Source of the DNA: Myxococcales bacterium
GTDB lineage: Bacteria > Myxococcota_A > Polyangia > Polyangiales > DASUME01
Direction of reading: 5' to 3'
DNA length: 64,000 nucleotides
Assembly: GCA_047601445.1 (NCBI GenBank)
Contig: JASGJH010000001.1
Span: 1,280,001 to 1,344,000 of the forward strand
In this document: positions 1 to 10,586 of the stretch, piece after piece
Layout: every line of letters starts with the position of its first letter
Numbering within the stretch: position 1 is the stretch's first letter
Translations under genes and position numbers: made by a program
Notes under the pieces: generated by a model
What the model saw: only the letters and a program-made list of their open reading frames with translations
Databases searched by the model: none
What the model was told of the DNA's origin: nothing

Positions 1-400
1 TGAGGACGTCCAGACAGGCATCCACCTCCTGGGGGCTCGACACGCGCTTCATCTGCAGCGTCTCGACGAACATACGGATGGAGGTGAGCGGAGTGCGCAG
101 CTCGTGGCTGACCTTGGACACGAAGTCGGACTGCAGCTTGGAGAGGTTGGCCTCGCGGTTCACGAACACCAGCGCGAGCACGGTGCCCGTGACGAGCAAC
201 GCCACCAAGGTGACCACCAAGATGCCGAACAAGACGTTGAGGTTCGCCTTGCTGAAGACCAGCATCAGGATGCCCAGGACGAGCAGGATGACGCTGGGGG
301 CGATGATCAACCCCACCAGGGAGAGCACGATGCGCGTGAAGCCGCCGCGGTAGGCGCTGCCGCCGCTGACCAATCCGGCTCCGGGTTTCGTGCTCGCCAT
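1..400 (-). CDS. Membrane-bound sensor histidine kinase (5' part; runs off the left edge)
   Basis: Manual translation from ATG at 400: MASTKPG, two hydrophobic helices, then LSKLQSDFVSKVSHELRTPLTSIRMFVETL (HisKA H-box). Not in the ORF track because it is truncated. Confidence 0.9.
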   Translation of the reverse strand, partial: MASTKPGAGLVSGGSAYRGGFTRIVLSLVGLIIAPSVILLVLGILMLVFSKANLNVLFGILVVTLVALLVTGTVLALVFVNREANLSKLQSDFVSKVSHELRTPLTSIRMFVETLQMKRVSSPQEVDACLDVL

Positions 401-453
401 ATGCCCTGGTTGGCTCCGGGTTTGCTCGCGGGCGGACCCGCCTTCGTGGCTGC

Positions 454-654
454 TTAGCCTTCTTCTTCTTCCTCGGCCCAGCGCGTGATGGCCGTCACGC
501 CGATGGCCAAGCTGCACGAGCCGCACAGCGGGGGCTCTTCGTAGACGGTCTCACCGCCCCGCACGAACACCAAGAGTCCCGTGGTCGCATCGGGCGGCGT
601 GATCTCACCGCAGACGTTGCAGGTGAGGATGGCGTAGGGATGGCTTCCGGCCAT
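454..654 (-). CDS. Small hypothetical protein with two CxxC motifs (putative zinc ribbon)
   Basis: 66 aa with CNVC...CGSC and an acidic tail WAEEEEEG; fills the gap between pepP and the kinase. Confidence 0.7.
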   Translation of the reverse strand: MAGSHPYAILTCNVCGEITPPDATTGLLVFVRGGETVYEEPPLCGSCSLAIGVTAITRWAEEEEEG

Positions 655-810
655 GGGTTGGGACTATAACCCGAGGCTCCGCGAACAGCACTCGCATCAC
701 GAAAGAAGCATCTAGGCTCACGGCACCTACAGAATGACCATGAGCCGAGATCACAGACCGTTTGTGGAAATGGCCCGCGGTTTTCGATGTGGGTCGGGCG
801 CGTGCTCGAC

Positions 811-2103
811 CTAGCGTTGCGCCAGGTGTGCCTCGAGGTCGGCGACCGTTTTTGGAATGTCTCGAGTGAGGTTCTCGGGGCCCGAAGCGCGCACCAGGAT
901 GTCGTCCTCGATGCGCACGCCGATGCCGCGATAGCGCTCGTCCACCTCAGCCTGCACGGGGATATACAGGCCGGGTTCGATGGTGAGCACGAAGCCTGGC
1001 TCGAGCGGACGCGGCGAGCCTGCCTGGTGGTAGCGGCCCACGTCGTGCACGTCCATGCCGAGCCAGTGCGAGGTGCGATGCATGTAGAACTGCTTGTAGT
1101 CGCCCTTCGCAAGGATCTCCTGCTTGTCGCCCTTGACCAGACCGAGCTTCAGGAGCCCGTCGACCAACACGGAAACCGCGACGTCGTGGATCGCGTCCAG
1201 CGTGGCACCGGGACGCACCGCTTCGATGGCGGCGAGCTGGCTATCGAGCACCACCTCGTAGACCTCACGCTGCGCGCTCGAGAACGTGCCGCTCACGGGA
1301 AAAGTGCGCGTGACGTCGCTGGCGTAGTAGCCGTATTCGGCACCGGCATCGATGAGCAGCAAGTCGCCCTCCGCGAGACGCCGATCGTTCTTGCGGTAGT
1401 GCAAGATGGTGGCATTGGGCCCGGACCCCACGATGCTGCCGTAGGCGGGGCGTTCGCTGCCATGGGCGCGGAAGACCCGTAGGAGCTCGGCCTCGACCTC
1501 GTACTCGTAGCGCCCGGGGGTGGCCACGCGCATGGCGGCCAGATGGGCTTCGCGCGTGATGGACCCCGCGCGGCGCATGATGTCGATCTCCGCGTCGGTC
1601 TTGCGTAGACGCATCTCGTGCAGGCTCACGCCCGGATCGACGATCTCGGTCGGACACTCCACGCCGCGACGCGAGCGGCCGCGGACCACGTCGAGCGCGC
1701 GCAAGAAGCGCTCGTCGAAGCGGCGATCGAAGCCGATGCGGTAGTGCACGCGGCGCTGGTTCTCCATGAAATCGGGCAACTTCTCGTCGAAGACTCGGAT
1801 CGAGAAAGCCTCGTCGACACCCAGGCCAGCGACCGCGCGTTCCACACCGAGTCGAGGACCATCCCAGGTCTCGCGCTCCGGGTCGCGGTCGCGCAGGAAC
1901 AGGGCGCTCGAGAGTCGACCGTCGCGGTTCGAGAGCACGAGCACGCTCTCGGGCTCGTCGAAGCCGGTGAGGTAGTAAAGGTCGCTGCCCTGGCGATACT
2001 CGTGTTCGACGTCGTTGTTGCGAATGAACGTGGGCGGCGCGGGGATCACCATGACCCCAGGGCCCATGCTCTCGAGCAGCGCTTTGCGTCGTGCGTCGTA
2101 CAT
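811..2103 (-). CDS. pepP: Xaa-Pro aminopeptidase (aminopeptidase P)
   Basis: YRQGSDLYYLTGFDEP, LIDAGAEYGYYASDVTRTFP, HWLGMDVHD, TIEPGLY and GVRIEDD motifs; start taken at MYDARRK. Confidence 0.96.
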   Translation of the reverse strand: MYDARRKALLESMGPGVMVIPAPPTFIRNNDVEHEYRQGSDLYYLTGFDEPESVLVLSNRDGRLSSALFLRDRDPERETWDGPRLGVERAVAGLGVDEAFSIRVFDEKLPDFMENQRRVHYRIGFDRRFDERFLRALDVVRGRSRRGVECPTEIVDPGVSLHEMRLRKTDAEIDIMRRAGSITREAHLAAMRVATPGRYEYEVEAELLRVFRAHGSERPAYGSIVGSGPNATILHYRKNDRRLAEGDLLLIDAGAEYGYYASDVTRTFPVSGTFSSAQREVYEVVLDSQLAAIEAVRPGATLDAIHDVAVSVLVDGLLKLGLVKGDKQEILAKGDYKQFYMHRTSHWLGMDVHDVGRYHQAGSPRPLEPGFVLTIEPGLYIPVQAEVDERYRGIGVRIEDDILVRASGPENLTRDIPKTVADLEAHLAQR

Positions 2104-2149
2104 CCGTGCTCCTGTGATGACTCGGCCGGGCGACCCGGCGGCCAGACTC

Positions 2150-3577
2150 CTAGAATAACTCCGCCAGGCGCCCAGGTCCCTGCTCAAGCGTGGCGCCCAG
2201 CTCCTCGGCCCACTGCTCCACGGCGAACTCGCCAGCGCGCGCCAGGGCACCCCGGATGGGGTCGGCCGCCCGCGGGTTGAGGAACCAGTCGGCGTCGAAG
2301 CGCTCGCGTAGGCAATAGGCCAGGCCCGGGGCCAGAGACTTGGCACGCAACGGTCCGCCGGGAGACACGCGAAGCACGAGCAAGGCTCCCCAACCGGTGG
2401 GAAGCGTGCCTGTCAGGGCGCGCGCGGCGTGGGCGCTGGCACGCTCGAGATCCTGGCCATTGGCGATACCGCGCGCCAACACGGCGGCCGCGCTCAAGCG
2501 CGAGTCGAGCAGCGCGTAGGCGGTCGCGAGACGGGCCACGATCTGGCTCTCGCGGGCGCTCATGCCGCGCACCTTGCGCAGGAAAAGTGGGTCCGCGAAC
2601 AACAGCACGCCGAGCTGTCCCAGGGCACGGGCGACGCTGCCCACGGCGGCGTGGCGCAGGGGCAACGGGAGGGCGCGCGAGGCGTGGGCCTGTGCCATGG
2701 CCCGCGCCAGCGCGTCGGCGGTGGCGAGCTCGCTGGCCAAGCCGAACTCGAGGCTGGTAGGGCTGAGCCGGATGTCATGCGGGGCCGCCAGGGGCACGAC
2801 GTGAGCGCCCGGGAACAGGCCGGGGTGCTCGGCGGCGGCGCGCACGTGGGCGCGCAGCAGGCGGCGCAAGCCCAGGGGCTCCCACTCCGCGGCCAGGCGC
2901 CGCAGGCGACCTGGCCGCGGAAAGAGCCCGCTCAGGGGGCTGCCCAAGAGGCTCCACAGCGTCTCGAGGCCATCTTCGCCCTCCACCCGGAACTCGCGCC
3001 GCGCAAAGGCAAACGACTCTTGCGCCAGGTCCTCCGTGAGCGTCAACCAACGCTCCGCCGTGGCAACATTGCCGGCCTCGGGACCCGCGTCCGGATGCCG
3101 CCCCGCAGACATCCTACGCAAGACATCCCCGGCTTCGCCGTCAGCTTCGTGGCGGGCCGAGAGCAGCACGCGAGCGTGGTCTTGAAACTCGCGGTCGAGC
3201 GAGCGCGCCAGGGCATGACGCTGCGCCGGTCCGCGCCCATGGACCCACTGGCCCAGCAGGAGTCCGACGCGCCTGGTTTCGCCCTCGTAGCTCACCGAAC
3301 GCCCGCTGAGCTCCAGCGCGGCCCGGCGCGCACGCTCGTAGTGCAGCTCGAGCACCGCGCGGCCCACGTGCGCCGCGAGCGCCGCCGCTTCGGCGTCCGA
3401 GAGCTCACCGCCCTGGCGCGCCTCCTCGAAGCGGGCGAGCCCCTGCTCCGAGCCCAGCCAACGTCGGCCTGGCACACGCTCGACAGCTGCGCCGCCGAGC
3501 TGCTCCAGATAGGCCACACCCTGCCCTCGTCGAAACGCCTCGACTGCGCGCCTGAGATCGGTACCCGCGGAAGACAT
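2150..3577 (-). CDS. Hypothetical protein, degenerate M3/oligoendopeptidase-like fold lacking HExxH
   Basis: 475 aa helical ORF; C-terminal LRERFDADWFLNPRA resembles M3-like myxobacterial proteins; no HExxH. Confidence 0.6.
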   Translation of the reverse strand: MSSAGTDLRRAVEAFRRGQGVAYLEQLGGAAVERVPGRRWLGSEQGLARFEEARQGGELSDAEAAALAAHVGRAVLELHYERARRAALELSGRSVSYEGETRRVGLLLGQWVHGRGPAQRHALARSLDREFQDHARVLLSARHEADGEAGDVLRRMSAGRHPDAGPEAGNVATAERWLTLTEDLAQESFAFARREFRVEGEDGLETLWSLLGSPLSGLFPRPGRLRRLAAEWEPLGLRRLLRAHVRAAAEHPGLFPGAHVVPLAAPHDIRLSPTSLEFGLASELATADALARAMAQAHASRALPLPLRHAAVGSVARALGQLGVLLFADPLFLRKVRGMSARESQIVARLATAYALLDSRLSAAAVLARGIANGQDLERASAHAARALTGTLPTGWGALLVLRVSPGGPLRAKSLAPGLAYCLRERFDADWFLNPRAADPIRGALARAGEFAVEQWAEELGATLEQGPGRLAELF

Positions 3578-3609
3578 CGGAGGTAGGTGTATACTCGCGC
3601 CCGAGCAGC

Positions 3610-4422
3610 ATGACGACCCAGAGAAAAACCGTCTTTCTTGGCGCAGGAAACATGGCCGGTGCCCTCTTGAGGGGGGCCGTGCGGCGCGGCGGCCGCGAAC
3701 CAGCTTCGCTCGGGCTCACCGACGTGCGGAGCGAGGCGCGCGCGAGCCTGAAGGCCGAGCTCGGGGTACTCGAGTTCGCCTCCAATGCGGAGGCCTGCGC
3801 CTGGGCCGACGACGTGGTGCTGGCGGTCAAACCCCAGGTTCTGCCCGCCGTGCTGACCGAGATCAGCGGTTCCCTGCAGCCGAATACCCTGGTGATCTCC
3901 ATCGCAGCCGGCGTCACGCTCGAGCGCCTCGAGAAGGGCCTGAACGGCCACACCAAGCTCGTGCGCGCCATGCCGAATACGCCATCCCTGGTGGGCGAAG
4001 GGGCCACGGCGGTGGCACGCGGGCGCGGCGTGAGCGATAGCGAGTTCGAGCACGCCCAGCGCCTGTTCGCGATGACGGGAAGCGTCGTGAGCGTGGAGGA
4101 GCGCCTGATGGACGCGGTGACTGGCCTGAGCGGCTCGGGACCGGGCTTCGCGTTCGTGGCCATGGAAGCGCTCTCGGATGCCGGCGTGCGCGTGGGCCTG
4201 CCGCGCGATGTAGCCACCAAGCTGGCGGCGCAGACCATGCTGGGTGCGGCCAAGCTTCTGCTCGAGACGGGGGAACATCCGGGCAAGCTCAAAGACATGG
4301 TGACGAGCCCCGGCGGCACCACCATCGCCGGCGTGGCCGCGTTGGAGCGTGGGGGGCTGAGGGCCGCACTGATCGCTGCCGTGGAAGCCGCGACGGCGCG
4401 CTCCAAGGAGCTTGGGTCCTAA
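3610..4422 (+). CDS. proC: Pyrroline-5-carboxylate reductase
   Basis: GAGNMA, LAVKPQ, RAMPNTP, GLSGSGP and VTSPGGTT motifs. Confidence 0.97.
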   Translation: MTTQRKTVFLGAGNMAGALLRGAVRRGGREPASLGLTDVRSEARASLKAELGVLEFASNAEACAWADDVVLAVKPQVLPAVLTEISGSLQPNTLVISIAAGVTLERLEKGLNGHTKLVRAMPNTPSLVGEGATAVARGRGVSDSEFEHAQRLFAMTGSVVSVEERLMDAVTGLSGSGPGFAFVAMEALSDAGVRVGLPRDVATKLAAQTMLGAAKLLLETGEHPGKLKDMVTSPGGTTIAGVAALERGGLRAALIAAVEAATARSKELGS

Positions 4423-5108
4423 CGCGGCGTGGTCTGGGAGCTGGGGCGCAGTCCGAAGATGGCGGTGCCCACACGCACGTTGGTGGAGCCTTCTTCGATC
4501 GCGAGCTCGAGATCGTCGCTCATGCCCATCGAGAGTTCGGGCAGCGCATGGGCCCGGGCGAGCTGCGCAAGCGCGCGATAGGCGGTGCGTGCTGCGTCTG
4601 GGTCGCCGGCTTTGGGAATCGTCATCAGGCCTCGCAATTCCAGCGCCGGGAGTTCCCGTACACGCGCGATCAGCTCGGCCACGGCAGCGGGCCCGAGGCC
4701 GCTCTTCTGTTGCTCGCCCGCCACGTTGACCTGCAACATCACCTGGACGCTGCGTCCTGCGGCGACCGCACGCTCGCTCAGCGCCTGAGCCGCGGAGGCG
4801 CTCGCGAGGGTCTCCACCACATGACAATGCGGCGCGAGCAACTTGGCCTTGTTACTCTGCAGCCCGCCGATGAAGTGCCATCGCAACTCCGGCAGGTCGC
4901 TCAGGGCCTTGGCCTTCTCGATCAGCTCTTGCGCGTAGTTCTCGCCGAAGTCGCGCTGTCCAGCGGCGTAGGCTGCGCGGATGGCCTCCACCGAGTGGAA
5001 CTTGGATACGGCCACCAGACGCACCGTATCCGACCTTCGGCCGCAACTCCGACAGGCTGCCTCGATACGCGCGCGTACCTCCGAAAGCCGCGCGGCGACC
5101 TCGCTCAC
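4419..5108 (-). CDS. yggS: PLP homeostasis protein, YggS family
   Basis: LVAVSK, FGENYAQE, WHFIGGLQSNK, LSMGMSDD and VRVGTAIFG motifs. Confidence 0.96.
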   Translation of the reverse strand: MSEVAARLSEVRARIEAACRSCGRRSDTVRLVAVSKFHSVEAIRAAYAAGQRDFGENYAQELIEKAKALSDLPELRWHFIGGLQSNKAKLLAPHCHVVETLASASAAQALSERAVAAGRSVQVMLQVNVAGEQQKSGLGPAAVAELIARVRELPALELRGLMTIPKAGDPDAARTAYRALAQLARAHALPELSMGMSDDLELAIEEGSTNVRVGTAIFGLRPSSQTTPR

Positions 5109-5695
5109 GGCCAGCTCTCCAGCACGCCGAGTGCCTGCAAGAGTTCGACGGTCTCTGCCGCCGGCAACCCCACCACGCTGCTGTAGGATCCGTGAACCTC
5201 GCTCACCAGGGCCGCACCGAGGTCCTGGATCCCGTAGGACCCCGCCTTATCCATGCCCTCGCGGCTAGCGACGTAGCCTCGCAACGTGGTCTCGCTCAGC
5301 TCGCGGAAACGAACGCGTGTGGTGACCGTGATCACGCGGCTCTGCAGCTCGGGTAACAGCACCAACGCCACCCCGGTGTGAACCTCGTGCTCGCGCCCCG
5401 AAAGGGCCCGCAGCATGCGCTCGCTGTCCGCGAGATCCACCGGCTTGTTCAGCACTTCACCGTGCAGCACTACGGTGGTGTCCGATCCGAGCACGGCGCA
5501 AGGTTCGCCACGACTGGCGACCGCGCGAGCCTTGCCCTCCGCCAGGCGAGCCACATAGGCACGCGGCTCTTCGCCCGCGATGCGCGACTCGTCGATGTCG
5601 CTCGGCAGCACGTCGAAGGGAAGTCCGAGGCGGCCCAGGATCTCACGCCGTCGCGGCGAGGCCGACGCCAAGATCAGCGCCCGCGTGAGTTTCAC
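5105..5695 (-). CDS. maf: Maf family nucleotide pyrophosphatase
   Basis: LILASASPRRREIL, SDTTV and DKAGSYGIQ motifs. Confidence 0.95.
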   Translation of the reverse strand: MKLTRALILASASPRRREILGRLGLPFDVLPSDIDESRIAGEEPRAYVARLAEGKARAVASRGEPCAVLGSDTTVVLHGEVLNKPVDLADSERMLRALSGREHEVHTGVALVLLPELQSRVITVTTRVRFRELSETTLRGYVASREGMDKAGSYGIQDLGAALVSEVHGSYSSVVGLPAAETVELLQALGVLESWP

Positions 5696-7269
5696 GTGCG
5701 CTCCTCACCCAGGTTGCGGCGCACGCGCCGCACGTAGGTGTGCGCGACCTGAACCGGATCGAGCTCGAGACATTTGGCCAGCTCCGTCACGAACCCACGC
5801 ACGTAGACTAACGCGGGCAGCGCGCCGAAGTCGTCGTCTTCGATGGCCTCCAAATAGTTCAAGCTGATGCGCGTCCGCTTGCTGATGTGCTTCAGGTCCA
5901 CACCGCGCGACTCGCGCACGGCGCGCAGCAGGGTTCCGTCGAATTCCGTGTCGGGCGTGATGGCTGGCGCCGGCGGCAGGTCGCGGTCGCGCGCGTCGGG
6001 CAACGCCTCCTCCGGCACCGGCTCGGGCTCCACCGGGAACATGGAGAGTTCGTAGGGACGGCGGCGGGCGCGGTCGAGCAGCACGTCGAAGGCCTCCTCC
6101 AAGCGCGCCCGGATGGCCTTGAGTTCATCCGCCGAGAACAGCCCGTAACAACAGAGCGCATCCTCGCCGTAGACGTCGCGCACGCGCCGATAGGCCCGGC
6201 GAATCTCCTCGTCCGTGGCGCCGCGGTCGACCTCCAACAAGTCGTGGTGCGTGCCGGGCGGCACCGTGCGCAGCGTGCGCCGTCCACCCTTCCCCGCGTC
6301 GAGCGAGATCAGCCGACGGGCGAGCTTTTCGATGTTCTTGCTGGCCTTGGTCCCTGGGCTCTTAACGAGCAAGGGCTGACGGTCGCGAACGCAGGCCCAG
6401 ACGGTGTCGTCGTAGTCGATGTACCCGAGGTAATCGAGGTTCACGCCCAAGCGCTGCCAAGCCGCGCTCTTCATGCTCTCGCCAAGCTCCAGGTCCGCTC
6501 GCACGCGCGTCTGGTTGACCACGAAATGAACGCTGTAGGTCTCCAAGAAGCTGCGCGCGGCCTCGGCCAGGGGGTGCTCGTCGGCCTCCAGGGCCTCCAC
6601 CAACTCGCGCGGCACGGGCAAGCCACCGAGCTCGTCGGCCAGGGACAGCAACAAGCTGCGCTCGCCCTCATTGGCCGCCAGCTGCCATAGCTTTCGCAAG
6701 AACAGCGCCCGCACGAAGCGGTAGGTGCCCTCCACCGCGGCAGGCTCCGGTACCGTGACGTACAGCGTGATATCCGCTGCGGCGAAAGCATCGAGCAACT
6801 CGGGCTCGATACCCGCGCCCAAATCGAGCACGAGATAGTCGCAATCGAGCTCCGGCAAGGCCGCGAAAAGCTCGGCGCGCGTGCGCGGGCGAATCAAGCC
6901 TGCGTTGCCCTCGGCCACGCCTCCGTTGAGGAACAGCAGGCCCGGCACCGAGGTATTCTCCACGCAGGGGTTGGGCAGCTCGGGCTTGTAGGTCACCTGA
7001 CTGGGCAGGACCGGCGGAACCCCCAACAACGTGTGCAAGTGAGCGCCCGAACGGTCCGCGTCAACCACCACCGTGGTGCGGCCAAGGCTCGCCAAATAGA
7101 TCGAGAGATTCGAGGCCAACACGGTCTTGCCGGCGCCTCCCTTGGCTCCCGACACCGCGATCACGCGCTTGGGCCGCTGCCCCGTGCGCTTGGGAACGGA
7201 GCCGCTAAAACGACTGCTGGCGACGCCGGATCCTGACGGGGGCTCAGCCGATGACTCATCGACGCTCAT
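5692..7269 (-). CDS. MinD/FlhG-like P-loop ATPase fused to a J-like domain and a RodZ-type HTH
   Basis: Deviant Walker A GAKGGAGKT, DLGAG and VVNQ; J-like segment LLEVDRGATDEEIRRAY...EAFDVLLDRARRRPYE; HTH GTLLRAVRESRGVDL...VYVRGFV. Start taken at MSVDESS. Confidence 0.85.
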   Translation of the reverse strand: MSVDESSAEPPSGSGVASSRFSGSVPKRTGQRPKRVIAVSGAKGGAGKTVLASNLSIYLASLGRTTVVVDADRSGAHLHTLLGVPPVLPSQVTYKPELPNPCVENTSVPGLLFLNGGVAEGNAGLIRPRTRAELFAALPELDCDYLVLDLGAGIEPELLDAFAAADITLYVTVPEPAAVEGTYRFVRALFLRKLWQLAANEGERSLLLSLADELGGLPVPRELVEALEADEHPLAEAARSFLETYSVHFVVNQTRVRADLELGESMKSAAWQRLGVNLDYLGYIDYDDTVWACVRDRQPLLVKSPGTKASKNIEKLARRLISLDAGKGGRRTLRTVPPGTHHDLLEVDRGATDEEIRRAYRRVRDVYGEDALCCYGLFSADELKAIRARLEEAFDVLLDRARRRPYELSMFPVEPEPVPEEALPDARDRDLPPAPAITPDTEFDGTLLRAVRESRGVDLKHISKRTRISLNYLEAIEDDDFGALPALVYVRGFVTELAKCLELDPVQVAHTYVRRVRRNLGEERT

Positions 7270-7304
7270 GGCGAGCCCACCACTGTCACAAACACTGCCT
7301 TGGC

Positions 7305-8909
<1,605 letters not shown>

Positions 8910-8993
8910 CAGAGTTCCAGGATAACCGCATCGGCCACGGTTCGTCAGCGAGCCGGCGCAACTTGTCCGCGGGATGACCGATAACGCCTACCG

Positions 8994-10586
8994 ATGAACG
9001 CCAACGTATGGCCTTGGGTGATGCTCTGCTTGCTCGCGCACGCAGCTTGTTTCCACGACTCCACGAGCCTGAGGGGCAGCTTGGGCCTGCCGCGTGTGGT
9101 GAGCGTTACAGTGCGCGATACGGCGGGCACTCCCTGGCCCACCGAGGCTGTTCCACGACGCATTCAGGTGGAACTCCGCTTCGAAGCAACGCCCACCGAA
9201 CGGCGCTCGCCGTGGCCCATCTACCTGGTGCGCGGGCTCGCCGACGATGACTTTCTGGCCGACTTGGCGCATCCCCCGCTGCGGGATGCCACCGCGTCGC
9301 GACTCCTCGATTCGAGTCAGGTGCTCGGCGCGGACGCGCAGCTCGTGGTGACCCCGCTCGAGTCCTTGCTCCCTGGCGCCTCGTACACGCTGGTCTGGCT
9401 GGGGGAGGAGTCGCCGCAGAGCTATCCACTCAAGGTCTCGAACAGCCCGGCGGCCGGCGCGGCTCTGCTGCAAACCCTCCCCATCTCCCAGGCGCGCGAC
9501 ATTCCGCTCAACATGCGGCGCGCGCTGCTGCGCTTCGATGGCGATCTGGCCGACTTCGAAGTCGCCTGGGAGCTGCACGACCCGAGCGGGTCCTCCGCGG
9601 TGGAGGCGCGGCGGATAACATGTCCGACGCTCGGATTGGGCCCGGGCGACTGCATTTGGCTAACCTGGTCGCGGGAACTCGCGCCGCAAACGTTGTACAC
9701 GCTGTCACTCTCGGGCGACCTGCATGACGCCACCGGGGCCGCCGTGACGTTTCCCCCGCTCAGCTTCGAAACGGCGACGCAGGCGGACTACAGCCCCCCC
9801 ACGCCAATCGCCTCGCCCTGCGCAAAGGACGAAGAGCAAGTATCGGGTGCGTGCGTCTTGGGCATGGAGGACTCGTTCGGCGTGCGTGTCCAGAGCGAGG
9901 AGCCCGCCCTGGTGGAGATGCTCGCCTTGCCCGCGCGTACCGCCGACTTGGCCGCCCAAGATCCGGTCGAGCTCGAACTCGCCGGCCTGACTTCGGAGGG
10001 CCCGTGTCGGTTCCTACGGCTCACCGATCTCGCGGAAAATCGCCTCGAAATCCCGCTCTGCACCCCGCTGCCCCGGGACCTTGCCACGCTCACCATCGAC
10101 GAGGTCCGTGCCGACCCGCTGGGACCCGAGCCAGCACAGGAGTACGTGGAGTTGCTAAACTTCGGGACACTACCTCTGGTCATGGCGGGTTTCTTCCTCA
10201 CCGACGATCCATTCAGCGAGGGCCGTGCCTTGAGCATGCCCAGTCCGCTGCTGCCCGGTGAACGCGTGTTGGTCGTGGGCCCCGACTTCGAACGTCGCGA
10301 ACCGAACGATGCACCTGTGCCCGATGCCGTGCGCCTCTTGCGGCTCGATGCTTCGCTCTCCCTGGCCAACGACGGGAGCTCGCTTTTCCTCCGCGACGCC
10401 CAGGGCCGCAGGCTCGCCGAGATCCCCCGCCTCGCGCCCGCGGCGCCTGGGCTGTGTGTGGCGCGAGCGGCGGGATCCCGGCCGCGCAGCGGACACAGCG
10501 AGGCCTTCGTGCACGACGAGACCACGATCTGCACGCCTGGTTCCGCTAGCACGCCTTCGACGGCTGTCTCTACGGTCCCTCCATGA
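8994..10586 (+). CDS. Putative lipoprotein with Ig-like and lamin-tail domains
   Basis: Signal peptide with lipobox-like LAHAAC; LAPQTLYTLSLSGDLHDATG (Ig-like); IDEVRADP..EYVELLN..LANDGSSLFLRDAQG (lamin-tail domain). Confidence 0.75.
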   Translation: MNANVWPWVMLCLLAHAACFHDSTSLRGSLGLPRVVSVTVRDTAGTPWPTEAVPRRIQVELRFEATPTERRSPWPIYLVRGLADDDFLADLAHPPLRDATASRLLDSSQVLGADAQLVVTPLESLLPGASYTLVWLGEESPQSYPLKVSNSPAAGAALLQTLPISQARDIPLNMRRALLRFDGDLADFEVAWELHDPSGSSAVEARRITCPTLGLGPGDCIWLTWSRELAPQTLYTLSLSGDLHDATGAAVTFPPLSFETATQADYSPPTPIASPCAKDEEQVSGACVLGMEDSFGVRVQSEEPALVEMLALPARTADLAAQDPVELELAGLTSEGPCRFLRLTDLAENRLEIPLCTPLPRDLATLTIDEVRADPLGPEPAQEYVELLNFGTLPLVMAGFFLTDDPFSEGRALSMPSPLLPGERVLVVGPDFERREPNDAPVPDAVRLLRLDASLSLANDGSSLFLRDAQGRRLAEIPRLAPAAPGLCVARAAGSRPRSGHSEAFVHDETTICTPGSASTPSTAVSTVPP

